Shown here: piece by piece, positions 1 to 6,339 of the stretch
Layout of the letters: each line of letters begins with the position of its first letter
Numbering within the stretch: the first letter of the stretch is position 1
Assembly (NCBI GenBank): GCA_054661495.1
Contig: BAAFSQ010000443.1
Span: forward strand, 1 to 6,339
Source of the DNA: Zygophlyctis sp. KS116
Taxonomy: Eukaryota > Fungi > Chytridiomycota
Direction: 5' to 3'
DNA: 6,339 nucleotides
Notes under the pieces: model-generated
The model's input: the letters and a program-made list of their open reading frames with translations, nothing else
Databases searched by the model: none
Told to the model about the DNA's origin: nothing
Translations under genes and position numbers: made by a program

Positions 1-219
1 GGATCGCACCTGCTCGTACTTTTCCAAACAAGAAGCAGAAGGTTAACTAAAAACGATTTTGATTACGATTATTAGCTAGCGATAGTTTTATTTGGAAAAT
101 TATGAGGATTGTCCACATATCAATGTATAGTGCAGAGTTTCAAGCATTCCCGTGAACCTGTCTTCAAAGATCACAAAATGAGTCAAGTCTTACATTGATC
201 AGTTATCAGTAAGTTCGGG

Positions 220-240
220 GTTGAGGCGTTGAGGCGTTGA
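220..240 (+). repeat. Short tandem repeat (GTTGAGGC)x2.6 immediately upstream of TIM10
   Basis: GTTGAGGC-GTTGAGGC-GTTGA read directly; a GC-rich patch in AT-rich surroundings, ending 14 nt before the ATG at 255. Confidence 0.75.
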
Positions 241-254
241 CGAAAAGAAAATTC

Positions 255-520
255 ATGTTCCGTTCAAACAGCGGAAACGCACAAGCTATGAAACAGGCAG
301 AACAAGAACTAGAAATGGTCACAACACTCTACAATAAGTAATGCTTAAAATTATTAATGTTAGCATCATTAATGCTTGTCATGCAAAATGCATCTCAACA
401 GACTACTTGGAAGCTGAACTTAATAAGGGGGAGGCAGTATGTATTGAACGATGCGTTGGAAAATATTTTGAAGCAAATGCAAAAGTCGGAGGAAAATTAT
501 CTGGAAATCCTCCTCCCTGA
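255..520 (+). CDS. TIM10: Mitochondrial intermembrane-space small Tim chaperone Tim10, 79 aa; exons 255-337 and 364-520
   Basis: Spliced translation MFRSNSGNAQAMKQAEQELEMVTTLYNNIINACHAKCISTDYLEAELNKGEAVCIERCVGKYFEANAKVGGKLSGNPPP*. It has the twin CX3C motif (CHAKC, CIERC) 16 residues apart and Tim10-typical segments (AExELxxV, ELNKxE, RCVxKYFE). Exon total is 240 nt. Confidence 0.95.
338..363 (+). other. 26-nt spliceosomal intron in TIM10
   Basis: GTAATGCTTAAAATTATTAATGTTAG. Removal fixes a frameshift and an in-frame TAA and gives continuous Tim10 similarity (LYN-N-IINAC). Confidence 0.9.
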
Positions 521-560
521 TCATTCTATTCATCTGAAAAATCATCATCAGACCTACATT

Positions 561-569
561 TTTAATAAA
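561..569. terminator. Candidate overlapping polyadenylation signals between convergent genes
   Basis: TTTAATAAA reads AATAAA on + (564-569) and ATTAAA on - (566-561), inside the 55-nt gap between the two stop codons. Such words are common in AT-rich DNA. Confidence 0.3.
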
Positions 570-575
570 AAGGAA

Positions 576-1640
576 TTACCATTGTAAATCTAATGGATCT
601 AATCCATCAGAAATGAAACCGTTGCTTATTTTACTTGATTTTATAATTTTTTCCATTTGCACTCTACGGTTCTGTAAAACTATTTTCTTCTCTTTTTGAA
701 GACTTGCATCACTCTTGATTTGAGCTTTTTGGATTCTTTCTAGTCTTATACGTACCAAATCTTGTCTCAACTTTTCTTCTCTTTCTAGTTCGGCATTTTC
801 CTGTTCTAAAATTCTTTTCCTGTTCAATTGTTCTTGAGTTTTTAAATTTAAAAGTGATAATTCAGCTTCTAGACTTTTATTTTCATCATCGAGCGCTTGA
901 GTATGTTCCTTTAAATAATTATATGCTCTGTCATGAGCTTCAGATTGCATAACTTGTATTTTCTGATCAGCTTCTTTTTGTACTTTATAACGACTTTCAA
1001 TTAATGATTTTTCAATTTCTGCAACTTTTGCAGAATGTTCTGTTTCTGCAGTTTGAATTTCTTTTCTAATCTTTGAAATTTCTGCATCATGACGAGCTCT
1101 TCTTCCCATAACATCGGAAAGTTTCATAATTTCATGTTGTTTAACCTCTATTTTTTCCTCTAAACTTGAAATCAGCTCTTTCAGATGTAATATTTTTTCA
1201 TCATTTTCCTTTTGCTTATTTGCCTTTTTCTGGTTAAAATACTCCAAATCCTGTCTATTGGCTTCATTTAATTTTTCTATAGAATTCTTTTTTTCAGATT
1301 TCTTGAGTTCCAAGTAATTTAAATATTCAGCAGAGTCTTTTTGGCAAATTTCAATTTCTTGTCTGTACCATTCATTTTCCGTTTTACTTTATATAAATCC
1401 ATTTAAAAATTACTATCTGCTACATTTAGCTTTGAATTCCTTCAATTCCTCTTCAATTCTCTGTAATCTAGATTTGAGTAGATTTTCATCCAAATCTTCA
1501 GGTCTTAATTCAGATCCAGATTTTCCACCTTTTTTAATGACATGCTTCAACATGTTGATTCCATACAACATCTTCTTGGGAGTAGAAGTTGTAACTGCAG
1601 AATTCTCCATTTTACTTCGGAGAATTGCATTGATTGCCAT
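576..1640 (-). CDS. CCDC166/CCDC121-family (DUF4515) coiled-coil protein, about 345 aa; exons 1640-1414 and 1386-576
   Basis: Track ORFs 1413-1640 and 576-1313 are in the same frame and join as ...KCSRYKTENEWYRQEIEICQKDSAEYLNYLELKK... after removal of a 27-nt intron. The segments IEKLNEANRQDL and HTQALDDENKSLEAELSLLNLKTQ...ELEREEKLRQDLVRIR parallel animal CCDC166 as I recall it (IVRLDEQNRVDL; HTQAIKADNGRLRQELLLL). An alternative start is the Met at 1610. Confidence 0.85.
1387..1413 (-). other. 27-nt intron in the DUF4515 gene
   Basis: GTAATTTTTAAATGGATTTATATAAAG. Unspliced, it places TAG, TAA and TAA in frame; splicing gives the codon TA|T (Tyr). Confidence 0.85.
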
Positions 1641-1847
1641 TTATTCTGCATTTTGTCTATAAATAAAAATTCAATATTGATCTATTTTATTTTTGATCTC
1701 TTAAAATCTAGATCTAAATATGAATGAATGGTCCAAGAGTCCATCTCTCCTTAAAGAAATTAGAATCTACAAAAACTTCATCTTGTCTAAAAAATTATAA
1801 AATATCTCTAATAATTAAAAAGAAAAAGTACATTTAGTAAATCAAAA

Positions 1848-3175
1848 TCATCCATTCTTTGATAATTTTGACAAAAGCAAATGATAGGTGTTTTTTTGTT
1901 GTTCTCCCCAACTTGAATCATTCTTTAACCGCTCGTATCCATCTTCTAATATATCAATAGGAGATTGTAAATTTAAAACACTTTTATCCTTTCTAATCCA
2001 TTTAACAGGATAATTATTCAACTCTAGAGACTCTTGTTCTTGAGAGTCTTGTGGGGTTTTAAGAGAACAAATAAATTCACCAGCACGCTTTAATGCAAGC
2101 TTTGGTAAAACATCCATTGGACAAAACTAGAAAATTATAAAATTGCAAAAAATACCATATGAAATACATGTACCATATCTTGATACAATTCAACCTGAAC
2201 ATTCTTATTCCCCTGATTCCAAGATAAAAGCGAAAATAAAATACTTTCATCTCTTAGTTTTTCAGCATCTCCTACTTGAAGTAATGTAGGAGGCAAAGAT
2301 TTCAATTGAGAATTATTTCCAAATAATGGAGATACTAAAGGATCATGTAATTGATCATTATCAGGTAAAAGATAATGAAATCTATCATCATTTATATATC
2401 TTGGATCTTTAGACTGATCTGGCAAATAATCATAAACATCATTTATCCTCACAGACGGTAGAGAATGTGATAAATCCAACCAAGGAGAAAGTCCTACAAT
2501 CCCACCAGGCAAAGGACAAGAATTACTTGCCAACCAGTACGCAGCCGTTAGAGATAAATTCCCACCAGCCGAATCCCCAGCAAAAATAACTTGACTTGGA
2601 TGATATTTAATCTGATTTTTTGGAGGATCTATTAAATAGAAATATGCAGACAACATATCATGTAAAGCCGCAGGAAATTTATACTGTGGGGCTAATCTAT
2701 ACTTTATAGAGAGTATTTTAGCGTTTGAATATTTTGATAATCTCCATGCCATTCCTCTATGAGTTTTTGGAGTACAAACACAAAAAGCCCCACCTATATC
2801 TTATTCTTGTTACAATATACCATGAGCAAATAAAATAATTTTTGAAGTTTCTAGAGAGTCCTGTGGATTCATACAAGACTGATTTTGTTTAGCATAAACC
2901 ACATATTCTGCATCCAAATCCCCAGAATTCAATGCAGGATCCAAACCTTTTAATAATTTCCCCAAATCTCTTCTTCTTGGAATATCTACTTTTATAATCT
3001 GCACATGCAAAGGAATCGGAACAGCTGCTTTAGTAATCAATTGTGCGAGATGAATATTATCTTTAAAATTATTCAGAGTTTTTTGTAGAGTTGTAATTAA
3101 TACTTTTAATGATAATCCCCAAGACGGCAATGGATTCTTCTCTGGTCTTTGTCTAGAGTGTTTGAGAAACTCCAT
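1848..3175 (-). CDS. Hormone-sensitive-lipase-family alpha/beta hydrolase (Abhydrolase_3 esterase/lipase), about 423 aa; exons 3175-2821, 2793-2156, 2126-1848
   Basis: The oxyanion motif HGGAF forms only after splicing. Also present: YRLAPQYKFPAALHD, nucleophile elbow GDSAGG, LSPWLD, PLVSPLF, GDAEKLRDE and the catalytic His in DMVHVFHMF. Exon total is 1272 nt (3n). The start is uncertain, since the frame stays open to 3268 without another ATG. Confidence 0.93.
2127..2155 (-). other. 29-nt intron in the hydrolase gene
   Basis: GTATTTTTTGCAATTTTATAATTTTCTAG. Removal joins HVFHM|FCPMDVLPKLALKRAGEFI and brings the terminal helix into frame. Confidence 0.88.
2794..2820 (-). other. 27-nt intron in the hydrolase gene
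   Basis: GTATATTGTAACAAGAATAAGATATAG. It splits the HGG motif (CAT G|GT GGG GCT TTT) and contains in-frame stops. Confidence 0.92.
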
Positions 3176-3265
3176 TTTAAAGTCAAGATTTGCACTTTTG
3201 CCTGAAAAAGCAGCAGTTTTAGGTTGAAATGCATTTTTGAAATGATCTAATTTCTTGTTTAATAA

Positions 3266-3484
3266 ATGTTATTGAACTTGCGGATGAATATTGCAAAATA
3301 TCTTGCCCATAAAACCATCATTAAACAGTTTTCTGATTATTTAGCCAAATCTGTGCAGGTTAACTATTCAAACATCGATATTAAGCCATTGGAAAATCAA
3401 ATTCTTTTATCTGTTCGTAATTTAACAATTTCAACTCCTGATAAAAGACTTTTGGTGTCAAATCTGAGTTTTGCTGTTAAAGAT
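3266..3484 (+). pseudogene. Truncated 5' fragment of an ABC ATPase (ABCD/peroxisomal-type NBD start)
   Basis: ILLSVRNLTISTPDKRLLVSNLSFAVK (3401-3481) matches the first strands of ABCD-type nucleotide-binding domains (NLxIxTPxxxxLVxNLSFxV). The Walker A motif expected about 10 codons later is absent. Confidence 0.6.
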
Positions 3485-3485
3485 A

Positions 3486-3638
3486 GCAGGAGTAGGAAGA
3501 GCAGGGACTTTTATTACACTCTTGTCTATGCTTTATTGTATTGATGGATTTGGAAATACTAATGATTCTCTTGGAGAGTCTGAAGAGTCTCTAGTGTCCA
3601 GGATAGTCAATATACTCAACGGATTGGTTGATTCATGA
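3486..3638 (+). pseudogene. Fragment of a classical protein tyrosine phosphatase (P-loop second half plus following helices)
   Basis: Reads AGVGRAGTFITLLSMLYCIDG...SLVSRIVNIL, against the PTP signature HCSAGVGRTGTFI (9 of 10 over AGVGR.GTFI). The H-C-S positions are replaced by L-K-I. Not in the ORF track. Confidence 0.7.
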
Positions 3639-3808
3639 ATTTTCATATAGCAACGCTTCCAACCCAGGTGTGGATAAAACCCAATGACAATAACTAAGGC
3701 TTTCAATGTGTAAATCAAAGGAGAATCGATCTATTCTATAATCAATCCGCGTTGAGAAAAATGGATTGTAAAATCACTTAATGTAAAACTCCAAAACTAT
3801 AGTCCTGC

Positions 3809-4296
3809 TTAGCGACCGTTTTCTGATAATAGAGGAGCGTTTATATGTGGGATTCTAAATTTAACTTTTAAGCGTTTCCGCTTTGGTTCAGTGGATTCTG
3901 CTTCGAATTTTCTTATTAGCTCTCTTGAACTGAAATCGCTTTTATGAACAGGAACATCTTTTTCTTTGAGAGTATAGGTACCATTCGGTCCTCGTCAAAT
4001 CACTAAAAAGGGGCACTCCCATCTGGGGGATTTCCTTGTATCATTAGAAATCATAACTACGGCTCCTTCTTGAAAAGCTCCAGGTTATAATATCCTTGAT
4101 TTTTAATAAATTGTGCTCCATATCTGCTGGAGGCTTCTATTGATCTTAACCCAATACAGGGAAAGACAATCGTGGTAATATAATCCAAACGGTCTTGTAA
4201 TAACAACTCTTGCTCTACTGATGATCTAGTTGACACAACTGACTCTTGAGCTAACATATTGGGAGTCCTGGCAAATAACAAAGAGAAGGGTCTAGA
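3809..4296 (-). mobile_element. Degenerate Ty3/Gypsy LTR-retrotransposon integrase C-terminal region (GPY/F module, possible chromodomain tail)
   Basis: SRPFSLLFARTPN...RLDYITTIVFP, then after a frameshift near 4100 FQEGAVVMI...PRWECPFLVI*RGPNGTYTLKE (GPY/F-like motif at 4021-4007) and VHKSDFSSRELIRKF; stop at 3811-3809. Confidence 0.8.
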
Positions 4297-4297
4297 T

Positions 4298-5040
4298 AAG
4301 GCTGGGCACCCAGGGATTTGGGTGGGTATTCAATCTCCTTCCAACTCATGAGTATCCGGAAAGGAAGTTCTCCCGAGATTACTCAACACATTCTTCCTTC
4401 CACCCGAGGCAATTTTTTAAAGAATCTTTCTTCATCATCGGATTGAGAATGAGTGCCACTCCTATAATTGGTGACATATTGTCGTAGTAGTGTGTTAATT
4501 TATCGACTGCAGCTTTTAACCCAATGTATATATCATCCTGTGGTTTGAATTTCTGTTTTGAATCTTCTAGAGCATCGATGCAAACCCTAACGTCACAAAT
4601 AGAGAGCGCGAAACCGCCTCTAGATGCACGCAATGTAACTACTTCGATTAACTTATTCACGCAGTTCCAGTCTTTATCATTCAACAATAAGGCAATTAAT
4701 GTGTTATCTCTATGAGCATATGAAGTATCAAAAATGATTTCTTTATAATGAACAGCTCGCTGAAGCATGTCATACGTGCTGTTCCATCGGGTTCTGAAAT
4801 CGATAATGGGTTACATCATCACACCTTTGTCTTTGCATTTTTGTTCCATCAATAGTAGTATTTTTGGAGATTTTCTGATTTTTCTTATTATAAATGACAG
4901 ACGAGATAGGCATCAGAATCGATATAATTATCCTTGTCTATGGGCTCTTTAAAGTTTTAAAAAATAGCCTGAGGATCAAGATTAATTGCGTGGGACAAAC
5001 ATTCGATTTGACTGCAAACAGCACTAAATCCTTAATCTAG
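4298..5040 (-). mobile_element. hAT transposon relic 1 (transposase pseudogene with probable 3' terminus)
   Basis: IECLSHAINL (CxxH, 5001-4990), IRKIRKSP, PIIDFRTRWNSTYDMLQRA (TRWNS at 4792-4778), DKDW, KLTHYY and ALILNP, with stops and frameshifts. A candidate terminal sequence AAGGCTGGGCACCC lies at 4298. The right boundary is uncertain (5040-5090). Confidence 0.88.
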
Positions 5041-5119
5041 ATACTTATCCTCAGAATAATTTTTTAACTGTAGCATCTAGAAAGCCTTCTAGGGCTTAGT
5101 GTAGTACTGGGCCATCGAG

Positions 5120-5299
5120 ACGATCCAGATATTTGTATATAACTTGGGTACTGTTTGCAGCTGGATTAACTCATGGATTGTAGGAAGTGATCAGTCGTCT
5201 GTCTGTCTTCGCTATAACATAGAGTTCAATTGGAACCGTATGGACAAACTCTTTCCCGTTTTCACTCTGCAGGATCTTTGGAAAACCTAAACTACAAAC
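5120..5299 (-). mobile_element. Degenerate Ty3/Gypsy integrase catalytic core fragment
   Basis: CSLGFPKILQSENGKEFV...DRRLITSYNP*VN matches the rve core GxPxxLQSDNGxEF...HRLITPYHPRxNG. The catalytic Asp is mutated to Glu and the segment with the catalytic Glu is disrupted. Not in the ORF track. Confidence 0.85.
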
Positions 5300-5711
5300 T
5301 TCTGCCATGCGACATTCCAATGTGCTTGAGAAATATAAGGTCAAATTCTTGAATAACTCTAAAAGAGGGCATAGTTCTTTTAAGTCTTGTCAATCCTGAT
5401 TAGAAAGAAGAGGCCAATACACATTCTATTCCGTAGAAGGGAGGAAATCCAGAGCCTATAGTTAGTTAAGTCATTTTAAATACCTTTTCATTGTTGATCA
5501 AGCACAATATCGTATTATACGTAGTATTCCAACGCACCTTCATATCTTGCACAAGTAAATTAGCTTTTAATTTGCATAGCACTTGGCATCTTGCAAATGC
5601 CTCTCGTTAGCTATCATTGCGATTATTAACATCCTGTAACTCTTCCAAATACTGATCCATTTCATTATTATAATCATCTTCCTCGTCTTCGTCTTCGCTA
5701 TCTTCACACCC
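5294..5711 (-). mobile_element. hAT transposon relic 2 (intron-containing transposase pseudogene)
   Basis: An acidic tract EDSEDEDEEDD, then *REAFARCQVLCKLKANLLVQDMKVRWNTTYNTILCLINNEK|ALDFL...LLSNQD*QDLKELCPLLELFKNLTLYFSS, matching hAT RWNS/T-Y and LSxxDWxxLxEL motifs. Its sequence differs from relic 1. Confidence 0.82.
5456..5483 (-). other. 28-nt intron inside hAT relic 2
   Basis: AAG|GTATTTAAAATGACTTAACTAACTATAG|GCT. It has a canonical CTAAC branch site, and its removal puts the RWNTTY and LSNQD motifs in one frame. Confidence 0.75.
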
Positions 5712-6339
5712 CAATTGTCTAATTCTGTATTTATCCTTTCCCGGATCATCAATGATTCCGAAATGCGTATTGGATATTTGTACAAATGTGTTGCTTCAAA
5801 GAAAGATAATGGAGAAATAAGTTTTAAAAATGGATATTTGATGGACAGCATCCTGGCTGGAGAGATAAAATAGAGGATGCGTATTCAATAGGTAAAAGTC
5901 AGCTAAAATTGGATGTTTTTTAGATAAAAAAGCCTCAACAACATATAATTGGATGGAAATAATCTTAAAACACAATTTACCACTTTCTTTTGTTGAAGAA
6001 AAGGCCTTTGCTTAAATGGTAGTAGATTTTTGATAAGCTACGAGACATTTTTGAAAAGAATGAAGCTTGTAATGCATTATATTGAAGAGTTAATGCGAAA
6101 AAATTAGCAAGGTATCTATGTTGTTTTATGAATAGTGTAAAACACTATGGATTGATGATTGATGGGTGGTCCAGTCATCACAGACATTATTTGGCTGTAT
6201 TTGTGGTAACCAAAGAATATGGGATAGAATTGTTGTCTTTTTCCCCTTTAAATGATGAAACCTTGATAGATATTTAGGGACTTTGGACTTGGATATTGGT
6301 AGAGAAGTCAAGTTAGATGATGATTTATATTACAATAGT
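5712..6339 (+). mobile_element. hAT transposon relic 3 (N-terminal part: BED-finger remnant to first catalytic Asp)
   Basis: YKCVAS...KNGY / QHPGW (BED-like), KKASTTYNWMEIILKHNLPLSFVEE, ISYETFLKRMKLVMHYIE and HYGLMIDGWSSHHRHYLAVF...LLSFSPLNDET (DGW at 6161-6169), with several frameshifts. Boundaries are approximate. Not in the ORF track. Confidence 0.8.
6112..6135 (+). other. Candidate 24-nt intron in hAT relic 3
   Basis: AG|GTATCTATGTTGTTTTATGAATAG|T. Removal gives LASVKHYGLMIDGW, a spacing closer to remembered homologues, but the length is 3n with no stop, so splicing is not forced. Confidence 0.4.

Noticed and set aside
1-200. Possible gene end or start at the left edge, with several GT-AG pairings
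   Set aside because: No splice combination I tried gave a recognisable protein; flanking sequence is needed.
357-587. Track ORF of 76 aa on +
   Set aside because: Alternative-frame shadow of TIM10 exon 2; it starts inside the intron.
1387-1415. Alternative genetic code (TAA/TAG = Gln, as in some ciliates and an aphelid) to explain the in-frame stops
   Set aside because: Stops in the host genes fall only within or at the edge of GT-AG-bounded blocks, two of the introns (26 and 29 nt) also shift the frame, and the long exons contain no TAR codons.
1432-1727. Track ORFs 1432-1662 and 1542-1727 on +
   Set aside because: Antisense to exon 1 of the coiled-coil gene, with no recognisable motifs.
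3645-3667. Possible Gypsy polypurine tract and LTR start (minus strand GGGTTGGAAGCGT-TG)
   Set aside because: The position is plausible, but the tract is not purely purine and there is no second LTR for comparison.
3615-3756. Imperfect inverted repeat (CTCAACGGATTG / CAATCCGCGTTGAG) as a possible MITE
   Set aside because: Only 12 bp with a 2-nt indel and no TSD; compatible with chance.
4524-4952. Track ORFs 4524-4715 and 4767-4952 on +
   Set aside because: Antisense shadows of hAT relic 1.
4290-5043. TCTAGATA at 4291-4298 and 5036-5043 as a paired 8-bp TSD around hAT relic 1
   Set aside because: There is no matching TIR inside the right copy, transposase-like sequence runs up to it, and TCTAGA is frequent in this window.
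5567-5851. Track ORF of 94 aa on -, whose RINTELDNWG superficially resembles the hAT LxxWG motif
   Set aside because: 5711-5567 is better explained in another minus frame (acidic tract leading to RWNTTY), and 5712-5851 by the plus-strand BED-like remnant of relic 3.
5771-5880. 10-bp direct repeat TGGATATTTG (5771, 5831) and 7-bp hairpin GCATCCT/AGGATGC (5848-5880)
   Set aside because: Both are short, lie within transposase-derived coding sequence and are expected by chance.
6126-6311. Track ORF of 61 aa on - (likewise 3533-3718 on -)
   Set aside because: Antisense to the DGW region of hAT relic 3; the other ORF is antisense to the PTP fragment.
1-6339. Prokaryotic operon, CRISPR array, defence system, tRNA or rRNA
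   Set aside because: Spliceosomal introns, TIM10 and eukaryotic TEs show a nuclear eukaryotic origin, and I saw no repeat-spacer array or structural RNA signature.

Overview
AT-rich eukaryotic genomic DNA, most likely from a zoosporic (flagellated, chytrid-like) fungus with a very compact genome; the organism is an inference from gene content. The left half (255-3175) holds three intact, tightly packed genes that only assemble once 26-29 nt GT-AG introns are removed: TIM10 (+, missed by the ORF track), a CCDC166/CCDC121 (DUF4515)-family coiled-coil gene (-) and an HSL-family alpha/beta hydrolase (-). From about 3266 the window is a mosaic of broken pieces: a truncated ABC-ATPase (ABCD-like) 5' fragment, a protein tyrosine phosphatase P-loop fragment lacking its catalytic Cys, a Ty3/Gypsy integrase split by a hAT relic, and two further distinct hAT transposase relics, one of which has its own 28-nt intron. 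The strongest signal is the set of ultra-short spliceosomal introns shared by host genes and transposases, together with pervasive small deletions in the TE relics. I cannot support a novel functional multi-gene system. All protein assignments come from manual translation and remembered family motifs; no searches were run.
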